From Bacteroidales bacterium (lineage in GTDB: Bacteria > Bacteroidota > Bacteroidia > Bacteroidales > JAADJA01): a stretch of 64,000 bases of DNA. The position numbers and the translations under genes are program-made. Below are positions 48,475 through 57,033 of the stretch, in pieces. The stretch's first letter is position 1. Each line of letters starts with the position of its first letter. Below the pieces are notes generated by a model. It was given only the letters and a program-made list of their open reading frames with translations, ran no database searches and had not been told where the DNA came from. The stretch is taken from NCBI GenBank assembly GCA_020052415.1, contig JAGVPB010000038.1, forward strand, positions 3,693 through 67,692. Reading direction: 5' to 3'.

Positions 48475-48717
48475 TAGCTTTGAAAATCCTTTAATTTTTC
48501 CATCAATTTCTTACGGCTGAAAAATATCCTGCTTTTAACCGTGCCAATGGAGAGGTTTAATGTTTCAGCGATCTCTTTATACTTATATCCCTGAAAATGC
48601 ATTTGAAAAGGGATACGGTGCTTATCAATCAGTTTATCGAGTACCTGAAAAAGATCATTTGCGTCTTCAGGATTTGAAGTAAGAGAGAAGGCAAAATATT
48701 TGAATAATGAATAAACT
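48475..48717 (-). pseudogene. 5'-truncated ECF-type sigma-70 factor remnant (region 4 only)
   Basis: It is not in the ORF track. My minus-strand translation is VYSLFKYFAFSLTSNPEDANDLFQVLDKLIDKHRIPFQMHFQGYKYKEIAETLNLSIGTVKSRIFFSRKKLMEKLKDFQS*. YKEIAETLNLSIGTVKSRIFFSRKKL is a classic sigma region-4 HTH. There is no region 2, and a stop lies directly upstream in frame. Confidence 0.6.
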
Positions 48718-48902
48718 TAAACATGTATATTCATCATGGAATCGAACAGCCCAAATACCTTGAGAAGCCAAATGATTACGGCTATCACGACCACAACATT
48801 CAGGATTCTTTTTATTTTGCCATCCATGGGGATGTACGAATTGATAAGCCATAGAAGAACACCTACAACTATTAATACAATTATTACGGTAAGTAGTGGC
48901 AT
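48717..48902 (-). CDS. Small two-TM membrane protein (61 aa)
   Basis: MPLLTVIIVLIVVGVLLWLINSYIPMDGKIKRILNVVVVIAVIIWLLKVFG. A lone proximal-type half-site GTTACACAATT lies at 48974-48984 upstream. Confidence 0.6.
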   Translation of the reverse strand: MPLLTVIIVLIVVGVLLWLINSYIPMDGKIKRILNVVVVIAVIIWLLKVFGLFDSMMNIHV

Positions 48903-48991
48903 AAATGAAGTTTTAGAAAATTTTATTAACGAAATTGCTTAATTACTTTTTGTATTGCATAACTCAAAAACACGTTACACAATTGATTTAT

Positions 48992-49519
48992 CTATTTCCT
49001 CTTACCCTTTCCGCCGTCGTGACGCTTTTTCATATCTTTATTACTCTGTCCGCCACTTTTGCCCTGACCCTGGTCGTCTTTTTTGATTCCATGTTTGGCT
49101 TCGCTGGAATTTTTCCCACCGGAGTTTCCTTTTCCCGGTTTCTCACCAATGGTTTTTTGCGCCGGACCATGGTAACCTTTTTTATATTTCGTTTTATATT
49201 CCTTAAAATACGTATAAGGAGCATCACCGCGATAGTCCGTCATCACTACCTTATATCCGCCGTATAAATCATAGCTTCTGTATCGCGAAGGAAGAGAAGC
49301 TCTGTGAATCCATGCTCCTCCGGCATAATAAATAAACATGGAAGAATGAACATCATAATAGGCTTCCACATCGGGCAGGTAGTAATATTGCACTTCGGTA
49401 TATCCTGCAGGACCCCACAGCGGAGGAGAGCCAATATTTACATTCACTGATACTTGCGCCTGCGCCGCAATTGCAGAAAACAACAACATTTTGATCATGA
49501 AAAATTTCAGAGCTTTCAT
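48992..49519 (-). CDS. Secreted protein with Tyr/Trp-rich core and highly basic Lys/Gly tail
   Basis: Signal peptide ending AQAQ, then PPLWGPAGYTEVQYYYLPDVEAYYDV. The C-terminal tail is rich in K and G. Confidence 0.6.
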   Translation of the reverse strand: MKALKFFMIKMLLFSAIAAQAQVSVNVNIGSPPLWGPAGYTEVQYYYLPDVEAYYDVHSSMFIYYAGGAWIHRASLPSRYRSYDLYGGYKVVMTDYRGDAPYTYFKEYKTKYKKGYHGPAQKTIGEKPGKGNSGGKNSSEAKHGIKKDDQGQGKSGGQSNKDMKKRHDGGKGKRK

Positions 49520-49545
49520 CTTATTTATAAATTAATTGTCAGGTA

Positions 49546-49614
49546 CAAAAGTCAGTCTGTTTATTCCGGAAAGCATTACACAATTAAAAAAAATAGTTAC
49601 ATCATTCACATATT
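49546..49614 (-). promoter_or_regulatory. Stress-island promoter/operator module, copy K
   Basis: CAAAAG at 49546, ATTACACAATT at 49575, GTTACATCATTCACATATT at 49596-49614. It lies 27 nt upstream of the ATG at 49519. Confidence 0.7.
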
Positions 49615-49646
49615 TTCAGGTATTCATACCATTCTAATATCTCAGG

Positions 49647-49672
49647 TATAGGGTATAAGGTATAAGGATAGG
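49647..49672. repeat. Short heptamer array (GGTATAA-type)
   Basis: GGTATAGGGTATAAGGTATAAGGATAGG is the reverse complement of the TATACC-type units at 14511-14540. Confidence 0.75.
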
Positions 49673-49996
49673 AAAGCAAAATTGAGTAGGCTTCCCCACC
49701 AGCTTTAGCTGACTGGGAGAACCTCCTGGCATAGCCATCCCTTTGGGACAAACCATCCCCCTTCATTTTTTTTTATTCACCATTACTTCAATTCAAACTT
49801 CTTTCCCTATCTTTGAACCTCTGGTTTGGGGGGACGGCGGATAAAACACTAAGAAGTTGCCAACAATCTGAAGGAAACTCTACCTATGATTGCTATTTTT
49901 AAATAATTTGAGAAAAATTCTCATTATTTGAACTTATTTATAAGTTTTGTGTATATATTTGCAAAATAAATGAGATTATTTCGAAATATTTAAACT

Positions 49997-51259
49997 ATGA
50001 TTATAGATTTTACAGTTGGGAATTTCCTTTCCTTTCAAGATAAAAGAACTTTGAGCTTTCAAGCAAGCGGAATATCTGAACTCCCAGAAAACATTATAAA
50101 GATTGGGAAAAATAAATTATTGCGTTCGGGTGTTGTTTATGGCGCTAATTCCAGCGGTAAAAGCAATCTTATCAAGGGAATTGACAGAATGCGTGATTTA
50201 CTTTTAAATTCTGTTAAACTAAATGATAATGATTTATTAGAATATTCTCCCTTTTTGCTATCAAATAAAGAGAATGAACCGACTTTTTTTGAAATGGAAT
50301 TTTATCATTTAAGTAAAATTTTCAGATATGGCTTCGAATATAATGAAAAGAAGATTCTAAATGAATGGTTATTTTTAAAACAAGGGACAAAGAAGGAGGC
50401 AGTGCAGTTTATTCGTACAATTGACGGTATTGGAGTTTCTCCCGAATTTGAAGAAGGAATAGGTAAAGAGAAATCGACTAATGACAATAGGCTTTTTGTT
50501 TCATTAGTTGCTCAACTAGGAGGTAAAACTTCAAAAAAAATCCTTGAATGGTTTCGTGGATACAATGTATTATCAGGTATAGAACACAAAGACTACACAG
50601 GATTTTCATTAAGAATGCTTCATAAAAAAATAAAAGGGTGCGAAGAATCTCTTTCATTATATCAAAAATTAAAACTTGGATTTACAGATATAAAAGTAAA
50701 AGAAGCTGAATTTAATACTAGTGAATTGCCCTCGAATATGCCAGATAACCTTAGGATTAAACTTGTTAAGGAGTTCCAAGGAAAAACAATGGTTTCAATA
50801 AAAACAGTACACAATAGATATGACAAAAGTGGTCAAATTATTGGTAATATTTTGTTTGATAAAGATGAGAATGAATCAGAAGGAACAAAAAAAATAATTG
50901 ATTTATCAGGGCCTATTTTTGACACCTTATTGCTTGGGAAAATTTTAATTATTGATGAACTTGATGCGAAGTTGCATCCCCTTATAACAATTCAGATAGT
51001 AAAGCTTTTTAATAACCCAGATACAAATCCCAATAATGCTCAATTGTTTTTTGCAACTCATGACACAAATCTTTTAAATTCTGAACTTTTTAGAAGAGAC
51101 CAAATATGGTTCACAGAAAAGGATGCTACCGAACAAACAGATTTATATTCTTTAATTGAATTTAAGCTACCTGATGGTTCAAAAGTTCGGAATGATAGTA
51201 ATCTTGAACGAAACTATATTCGAGGGCGATATGGTGCGATTCCTTTTATAACTTATTAA
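49997..51259 (+). CDS. AAA_21/AAA_15-type (ABC/OLD-like) ATPase, putative defence ATPase
   Basis: FTVGNFLSFQD, Walker A GANSSGKSN, Walker B ILIIDELDAKLHP, FFATHDTNLL, and a C-terminal RNYIRGRYGAIP tail typical of the COG1106-like ATPases that pair with RloB/TOPRIM proteins. Confidence 0.8.
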   Translation: MIIDFTVGNFLSFQDKRTLSFQASGISELPENIIKIGKNKLLRSGVVYGANSSGKSNLIKGIDRMRDLLLNSVKLNDNDLLEYSPFLLSNKENEPTFFEMEFYHLSKIFRYGFEYNEKKILNEWLFLKQGTKKEAVQFIRTIDGIGVSPEFEEGIGKEKSTNDNRLFVSLVAQLGGKTSKKILEWFRGYNVLSGIEHKDYTGFSLRMLHKKIKGCEESLSLYQKLKLGFTDIKVKEAEFNTSELPSNMPDNLRIKLVKEFQGKTMVSIKTVHNRYDKSGQIIGNILFDKDENESEGTKKIIDLSGPIFDTLLLGKILIIDELDAKLHPLITIQIVKLFNNPDTNPNNAQLFFATHDTNLLNSELFRRDQIWFTEKDATEQTDLYSLIEFKLPDGSKVRNDSNLERNYIRGRYGAIPFITY

Positions 51260-51269
51260 TGACTTGTTT

Positions 51270-52001
51270 ATGGCTCGCACAATAAAAATCGACAACGTTT
51301 TACAAAAACGGTTTTCAAAGATTGATAAAAAGAAAATAAAGGAAGGAACTAGAGAATTAAAAGTTTATTTCTTAATTGTTTGTGAAGGAGAAAAGACTGA
51401 ACCAAATTATTTTAAATCTTTTCCTTTGAATGTAGGTAGTTATGTATATGATTTAACATTTGATGGTGGAGGAATAAGCACAAAAAAAGTTGTTGAAAAG
51501 GCTATTGAACTAAGGGATAGTTCTACACAAAAGTATGATAGAGTCTGGGCAGTCTTCGACAAAGATAGGTTTCCTGTAAATCAATTTAATGGGGCAATTT
51601 CAAAAGCTGTTTCAAACAATATATTTTGCGCTTGGAGCAATGAAGCCTTTGAATTGTGGTATTTGCTGCATTTTTATAATCGAAATACTCCGATGTCTCG
51701 TAAAGATTACAAGAAGGCAATTGAAAGAGCCATTAATGATAAACTGGCAGGAAATAGAAGTAAAAAGACTAAGCCGTTTAAGTATTTAAAGAATAGTCAG
51801 GAAATGTATTCGATACTTCAAAAATATGGAAATCAAAATCAAGCAATAAAATGGGCAATAGCTATTGAATCTCAACATCATGGAGAAAACTATTCTTCGT
51901 ATAATCCATGTACAATGGTCTATAAATTAGTGAAAGAACTAAATGGAGATTCTCAAGATTTGAATTTTGAAATTCTTGAAAAATACAATAAAGGAGAATG
52001 A
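51270..52001 (+). CDS. RloB-like (TOPRIM-related) protein, partner of the ATPase
   Basis: YFLIVCEGEKTEPNYF, VWAVFDKDRF and CAWSNEAFELWYLLHF are the hallmark RloB blocks. The ATG at 51270 is preferred over the TTG at 51264. It starts 8 nt after the ATPase stop. Confidence 0.8.
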   Translation: MARTIKIDNVLQKRFSKIDKKKIKEGTRELKVYFLIVCEGEKTEPNYFKSFPLNVGSYVYDLTFDGGGISTKKVVEKAIELRDSSTQKYDRVWAVFDKDRFPVNQFNGAISKAVSNNIFCAWSNEAFELWYLLHFYNRNTPMSRKDYKKAIERAINDKLAGNRSKKTKPFKYLKNSQEMYSILQKYGNQNQAIKWAIAIESQHHGENYSSYNPCTMVYKLVKELNGDSQDLNFEILEKYNKGE

Positions 52002-52017
52002 AAAACAGCCAGCTGGT

Positions 52018-52056
52018 AATAAGTAAGGTTTCGTGTGGTCGAGGTACGAGACCCAA
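52018..52056. repeat. 39-bp direct repeat, copy 1
   Basis: AATAAGTAAGGTTTCGTGTGGTCGAGGTACGAGACCCAA matches 52618-52656 at 36/39, exactly 600 bp apart. Confidence 0.85.
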
Positions 52057-52126
52057 CATGAAGCTGTGTTGCACGAAAACCCGCCTTGGGAGTGCTCTGT
52101 GGAACGTTAGTTGCAAATTTTAAAGA

Positions 52127-52603
52127 ATGAAAAAACAATTGATTATAATATTACTTACAGTCTTTAGTATTCATATTAATGGACAAGAACCGGATTCGAG
52201 GAATTTTGATTCAATATTTATCCAACTTGATGAAGTAGGTGGATGTATAGCAAGAGTTGAAAGCCATTATTATTTTGAAATAAAGAAGAAAAAAGGATAC
52301 TTGAAAATAATTAGGAATAATGAGACATTGGAGACAAAATTAAAAAAAGAAGAGATTGATAAATTCCTTCCTGAATTTTTTGCTTATAATACAACAAAAA
52401 TGAAAGACTTTTATGAAATTAAAGATTCATGTTACATTCCAACTGGAGATTTTAGCGGTACGATAACATTAAAAATTCATAATAAGGACAATAAAACCGA
52501 AAAAGAGATAAAATTTAAATCAATAGTATGCTCAGACCTGGAATTCATCAAATTTAGAAATTGGATTATTTCCACAGCATCCTATATGAGTCAAATAGAA
52601 TAA
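52127..52603 (+). CDS. Secreted hypothetical protein (158 aa), cassette-like
   Basis: Signal peptide MKKQLIIILLTVFSIHINGQ. The ORF is tightly bracketed by the inverted repeat TTAGTTGCAAATTTT (52107-52121) and AAAATCTGCAACTAA (52605-52619). Confidence 0.55.
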   Translation: MKKQLIIILLTVFSIHINGQEPDSRNFDSIFIQLDEVGGCIARVESHYYFEIKKKKGYLKIIRNNETLETKLKKEEIDKFLPEFFAYNTTKMKDFYEIKDSCYIPTGDFSGTITLKIHNKDNKTEKEIKFKSIVCSDLEFIKFRNWIISTASYMSQIE

Positions 52604-52617
52604 TAAAATCTGCAACT

Positions 52618-52656
52618 AATAAGAAAGGCTTCGTGTGGTCGAGGAACGAGACCCAA
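52618..52656. repeat. 39-bp direct repeat, copy 2
   Basis: AATAAGAAAGGCTTCGTGTGGTCGAGGAACGAGACCCAA, followed by a C-rich tract CCCTCCCCTCCCCCCC. Confidence 0.85.
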
Positions 52657-52858
52657 TCCCTCCCCTCCCCCCCTTAGTCGAATATATTCAATCAGGCTAT
52701 GCCTGGCCCCTCCGTACCTTCAGATGTTCCAAAGCATCACTTGTGGGAATAAACCCCTCTACCACCAATAAGACTTTGCGGAAGCGGGCAGGTAAGCAAA
52801 GTTTGAAACTTCGCATCATGCAATCATAAATCCCAGCCGCTGATCTGTTTCTTCAGCA

Positions 52859-53290
52859 TTACATCCGCTCCATGTACCAGTTCAATTCCTTTTCTATTTT
52901 TTGGTAATGGAAAATAGTGGTGATGATTTTTTGCAGGCGCACGAAGGCGGTTTCACTTTTTACAACATAATCAAAAGCCTTGTGGTGCATACAGTTTACA
53001 GCCACTTCAATTTTATCCTGCTGCGATAACATCACAACGGGAATGTCAGGATTGAATGCTTTAATTTTGTCTAACACTTCTATTCCGTTCATCGCGTTCT
53101 TATCAATTCCAGCCAGAAAATAATCTAAAATGATCACATCAGGGTTGTGCGATAAATTTTTAACGCAAAGTTCGCCGGTTGCAAATGTTTCAATGGCTAA
53201 ATCTGCATGCTGTAGAAAATCAATTTCCAGTGACTTTAAAAATACAGCATCATCATCTACCAGGAAAAGTTTTATTTTTTGGTTGTTCAT
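52859..53290 (-). CDS. Single-domain response regulator (REC)
   Basis: LFLVDDD...VIILDYFLAG...PVVMLSQQD. There is a 4-bp overlap with the upstream kinase gene. Confidence 0.85.
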   Translation of the reverse strand: MNNQKIKLFLVDDDAVFLKSLEIDFLQHADLAIETFATGELCVKNLSHNPDVIILDYFLAGIDKNAMNGIEVLDKIKAFNPDIPVVMLSQQDKIEVAVNCMHHKAFDYVVKSETAFVRLQKIITTIFHYQKIEKELNWYMERM

Positions 53291-55956
53291 TCGTTCGTGG
53301 TTTTAAGCAAATTAAATTCTTCTTCCAATTCCGTACATGCCTGTTTACAAACGATTTCTACTTGCTGAACCATGTCGGATATTCCCTGTTTGCCCGATTG
53401 GTCGGCATTCGGTTGTTGCTGTTTGATCGCAAATTCCTGGATTGCTTTTGCCATGTTTTCAAAGTCTTTGCCGATACCCATGATTGAAAAAGAAGGTATC
53501 ATTTTGTGTACTGAAGCGTGCAATGAATTCCAATCTTTGTCGTGCATGCTTTGTTTCATTGCGCTAATTAACGGAGGGGTTTGCTCCAGATAAAGCGAAA
53601 TCATTTCCATCATCAATTCCGGATTCGACTTAGTAAGAACACTCAAATAATTCAGGTCAACGCGTTTTAATTTTTTATTCTGATTATGTCCATTCCCTTT
53701 ATCTGCATTATTTTTAATATGCACAGATTTTTTTACCACCCTGACCATTTTATGGTATAATAATCTTTCATCTATCGGCTTCGCGATGTAATCATTCATA
53801 CCAATAGCTTTACATTTTGCTAAATCTACGGTGGTCACATCTGCAGTTAAAGCAATGATTGGGATTTTGGAATTCATTTTATTACGAATGTATTCCGTAG
53901 CTTCAAACCCATTCATTTCGGGCATTTGCAAGTCCATCAAAATTACATCGTAAGAGTTGGATTGTAGTTTTTCGATGGCTATTTTTCCATTGGCGGCAAT
54001 ATCGCATTCAAATCCGAAATCATCCAACAGCGTTCTCATTAATAATTGATTAAGCGGAATGTCTTCAGCCACCAATACTTTTATGTTTTTGATTTCCGTA
54101 TCCAGTTCCACGAGCCCTGCTTCTGATTCAGCATCAGCATTTGTTTTCAGGAAACTTAAAATAAAACTAAAGGAAGAACCCTTTCCAGGTTTACTTTTTA
54201 CCCGAATACTTCCGCCCTGCGGTTCTACCAATTGTTTAACAATGGCCAGTCCCAATCCGGTTCCGCCATACAACCTTGAAGTGCCGCTGGATGCCTGCTG
54301 AAAGTTGTCAAAAATTTTTCCCATTTTTTCATCAGGTATTCCAATTCCGGTGTCAGTAACAGCAAATTCAATGGTTGCATTCTCTTCATCTTCATTCAGC
54401 AAACGAACACTTACAGTAATTTTTCCTTTTGATGTGAATTTTACTGCATTACTCACCAGATTTAAAATAATCTGGTGCAAACGCACCGGGTCGCCAACCA
54501 ATACTTCAGGAATTCTGTTGTCGTATTCTTTTACCAGTATTAAATTCTTTTCCTGAATTTTAGTCTCAAACAAATGAAGCATGGCTGCAATGGATAACTT
54601 CAATTTAAAAGGTATTTGTTCAAATATCATTTTTCCTGCTTCTACTTTTGCCAGATCAAGTATATCGTTAATGAGTACGATTAATGCATCGCCACTCATT
54701 TTTATTGCTGCCAAATATTCTTTTTGTTTTGCTGACAAATCTGTTTTCAACAGCACTTTTGTAAATCCGATAATCGCATTCATAGGGGTGCGAATTTCAT
54801 GACTCATGTTTGACAAAAATTGCTGTTTTGCTTTCACAGCGCTTTCTGCTATTCGTGTAGCATTTTCGGCTTTTATTTTTGCTTCTTCAGCAATTCCTGT
54901 TGCCAGCTCGGCAAATACTTTTGCCTCAATCAATTCGGTTGCGATTTTTTTTTGGTCGGTAATATCTCTTGCAACTATCACCACACCCAATACATTTCCT
55001 TTATCATCTTTATAAACCGATCCATTGCATAAGACATCGGTAAGCTTACCATCCATTATAGTTAGGGGATAATCTACCACAAACCCTTTTGCAAAAACCT
55101 GTTGATAACTTTCGCGTGCTTTGTCGGGGTGAGTAAAATAATTAAAAAAATCTGTGCCTATTATTTTCTCACGTGATACTCCTGTTACTTTTACTGTTGC
55201 TTCATTCATATCGGTGATTTTTCCTTCAGGGCTAATCGTAAACAACGGGTCGCGGCTCGCTTCTATCAGGCTGAGAGAATATTGAGAAGCTAATTTTGCT
55301 GAATAGCTTAATGCCTCAAGTTCTTTATTTGTAATTTCCCGTTTTTCTTTCTCCTTGTTTTGAAAGGCAAGTTCTATGTCAGCGATGACCAACTCTGCGG
55401 CACGTTTTTCTTTCTCTCCTGTTTGAAATATAAGTTCTTTGTTAGCAATAAATAACTCTGCTGCACGCTTTTCTTTCTCATCGTTTTGAAATGCAAGTTC
55501 TTTGTTGGCAATGATTAACTCTGCTGCACGTTTTTCTTTCTCATCGTTTTGAAATGCAAGTTCTTTATTGGCAATTCGTAACTCTGTCGCCCCTTTTTGA
55601 TCGGCAATGCTTCTTGCAACTACAACGGCGCCAAGCACATTTCCCTTTTCACCTTTATAAACTGAGCCGTTAAATAACACATTTGTCAGCTTACCATCCA
55701 TTATGGTTAATGGAATATTTTTTACAAATCCTTTTGCAAATACTTCCTGATATACTTCACGTGCTTTTTGCGGTTCGGTAAAATAAATACCGAAATCGGA
55801 ACCTATCAGATTTTTACGTGTAATATCTGTAATTTCAATAAATGCCTGATTCATGTCAGTAATCCTGCCTTCAGCACTAATTGTGACCAGGGGATCCAGG
55901 CTTGCTTCTATCAAACTTCTGGCGTAATTTGAATCATGTGAATTTGTCCTATCCAT
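53287..55956 (-). CDS. Hybrid sensor histidine kinase (2x PAS with coiled-coil repeat linker - HisKA - HATPase_c - REC - HPt)
   Basis: It has two PAS modules and a 21-aa repeat ELIIANKELAFQNDEKEKRAA present about 4 times. Kinase motifs are FLSNMSHEIRTPMNAI and GGTGLGLAIVK. The receiver shows VLVAEDIPLNQ...ILMDLQMPEMNG, and the C-terminal HPt shows LHASVHKMIPSFSIMG. Confidence 0.9.
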   Translation of the reverse strand: MDRTNSHDSNYARSLIEASLDPLVTISAEGRITDMNQAFIEITDITRKNLIGSDFGIYFTEPQKAREVYQEVFAKGFVKNIPLTIMDGKLTNVLFNGSVYKGEKGNVLGAVVVARSIADQKGATELRIANKELAFQNDEKEKRAAELIIANKELAFQNDEKEKRAAELFIANKELIFQTGEKEKRAAELVIADIELAFQNKEKEKREITNKELEALSYSAKLASQYSLSLIEASRDPLFTISPEGKITDMNEATVKVTGVSREKIIGTDFFNYFTHPDKARESYQQVFAKGFVVDYPLTIMDGKLTDVLCNGSVYKDDKGNVLGVVIVARDITDQKKIATELIEAKVFAELATGIAEEAKIKAENATRIAESAVKAKQQFLSNMSHEIRTPMNAIIGFTKVLLKTDLSAKQKEYLAAIKMSGDALIVLINDILDLAKVEAGKMIFEQIPFKLKLSIAAMLHLFETKIQEKNLILVKEYDNRIPEVLVGDPVRLHQIILNLVSNAVKFTSKGKITVSVRLLNEDEENATIEFAVTDTGIGIPDEKMGKIFDNFQQASSGTSRLYGGTGLGLAIVKQLVEPQGGSIRVKSKPGKGSSFSFILSFLKTNADAESEAGLVELDTEIKNIKVLVAEDIPLNQLLMRTLLDDFGFECDIAANGKIAIEKLQSNSYDVILMDLQMPEMNGFEATEYIRNKMNSKIPIIALTADVTTVDLAKCKAIGMNDYIAKPIDERLLYHKMVRVVKKSVHIKNNADKGNGHNQNKKLKRVDLNYLSVLTKSNPELMMEMISLYLEQTPPLISAMKQSMHDKDWNSLHASVHKMIPSFSIMGIGKDFENMAKAIQEFAIKQQQPNADQSGKQGISDMVQQVEIVCKQACTELEEEFNLLKTTNE
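55328..55590. repeat. 63-bp in-frame tandem repeat (about 4 units) inside the kinase gene
   Basis: Units start at 55391, 55454, 55517 and 55580 (AACTCTGCTGCACGTTTTTCTTTCTCATCGTTTTGAAATGCAAGTTCTTTGTTGGCAATGATT). Confidence 0.85.
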
Positions 55957-55986
55957 TATAATTGTTTTTTATCACCACTTAAAATA

Positions 55987-56559
55987 TTAAATCATATTGC
56001 CAATTTCTTCAATCGGACTTCGCCTTTTTTTTTTTAATTTTTTAAAATGAGAAGGTGAGAGTCCGGTAACTTTTTTAAATTGATTGGATAAATGCGCAAC
56101 ACTGTTGTAATTCATCTTCCAGGCGATCCCCGTAATACTTAATTCGTCGTAAATGATCAATTCTTTTATCCGCTCTACTTTATGATGAATAATAAATTGC
56201 TCAATGGTGGTTCCTTGTACTTCCGAAAACAGGTTTGCCAGGTAGGTATAATCGTATTTCAATTTTTCACTTAAAAAATCAGAAAAATTTATTTTAATCA
56301 TTTTATCAGAATGGTGAACCATTTCGATAATTGTATTTTTTATTCTTTCAATCAATACAGCTCTCCTGTTGTTTATTAATTCAAAACCTGATTTGAGCAA
56401 CGCAATATTAAGTTGCTCCAGCTTTTCACCCGAGAGGTTTTCCATGATCTCAACTTCACCCATATCAACAATGATAAAATGCAGTCCAAGTTTTTTCAAC
56501 TCTTCCCGAACCGCCATTTTGCAGCGATTGCTCACCATGTATTTGATGTGCAACTTCAA
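55987..56559 (-). CDS. AraC/XylS-family transcriptional regulator with a small ferredoxin-like (HMA-like) N-terminal domain, paralog 1
   Basis: The N-terminus MKLHIKYMVSNRCKMAVREELKKLGL is a beta-alpha-beta-like module. The C-terminal double HTH is YTYLANLFSEVQGTTIEQFIIHHKVERIKELI...ITGIAWKMNYNSVAHLSNQFKKVTGLSPSHF. Confidence 0.8.
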   Translation of the reverse strand: MKLHIKYMVSNRCKMAVREELKKLGLHFIIVDMGEVEIMENLSGEKLEQLNIALLKSGFELINNRRAVLIERIKNTIIEMVHHSDKMIKINFSDFLSEKLKYDYTYLANLFSEVQGTTIEQFIIHHKVERIKELIIYDELSITGIAWKMNYNSVAHLSNQFKKVTGLSPSHFKKLKKKRRSPIEEIGNMI

Positions 56560-56587
56560 ATAATTTCTATTTTATAAAAGTTATGGA

Positions 56588-56656
56588 CAAAGGTGTATGC
56601 CTTTGACTGGAAATAAGTAATTTAATTAAAAATAAAAGTCACATAATACACACATT
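56588..56656 (-). promoter_or_regulatory. Stress-island promoter/operator module, copy L (degenerate proximal repeat)
   Basis: CAAAGG at 56588, GTAATTTAATT at 56617, GTCACATAATACACACATT at 56638-56656. It lies 29 nt upstream of the ATG at 56559. Confidence 0.6.
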
Positions 56657-56694
56657 TAAGCTTAGCAAATCCGGAACTTCCATGCCATGCAGGT

Positions 56695-57033
56695 TTATTC
56701 ATAGCCGCTTTTTATCACGGTCTGTAACATTTTAAACCGCCCGTTTGGCTTTACATAATTGGATGCATGGGCCGGTATTACAATTGATTGTCCCGTCAGC
56801 AGGAAATTGGATATTCCGTTGATTACGATTTCCGCTTTGCCGTCAATAATTTGAACAAAGGTATCGAAGGCCGTGGTTTTTTCGCTTAACCCTTCACCGC
56901 TGTCAAACGATATGACGCTGACATTTCCGGTTGACTTTTTTAATATCGTTTTGATGACCACTGAGTTTGCTATATATTCAATAATTTCAACTGTAATGTG
57001 CGCTTTTGCCTTTTCAAGTTCTAAATTTTCCAT
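56695..57033 (-). CDS. Cupin domain protein
   Basis: A 112-aa ORF. VISFDSGEGLSEKTTAFDTFVQIIDGKAEIVINGISNFLLTGQSIVIPA fits the cupin beta-barrel pattern. Confidence 0.65.
   Translation of the reverse strand: MENLELEKAKAHITVEIIEYIANSVVIKTILKKSTGNVSVISFDSGEGLSEKTTAFDTFVQIIDGKAEIVINGISNFLLTGQSIVIPAHASNYVKPNGRFKMLQTVIKSGYE

Noticed and set aside
49680-49990. tRNA, tmRNA or another integration-target RNA gene at the left border of the defence island
   Set aside because: I could not find a cloverleaf-compatible sequence or a GGTTCGAATCC-type T-loop here or anywhere else in the window.
52005-52121. Integron attC site / integron cassette array
   Set aside because: No intI-type integrase is in the window. 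The boundary sequences (TTAGTTGCA / TGCAACTAA) do not match the GTTRRRY / RYYYAAC core sites, and I could not fold the 52005-52121 segment into the long imperfect attC hairpin by eye. It is kept only as a cassette-like observation.
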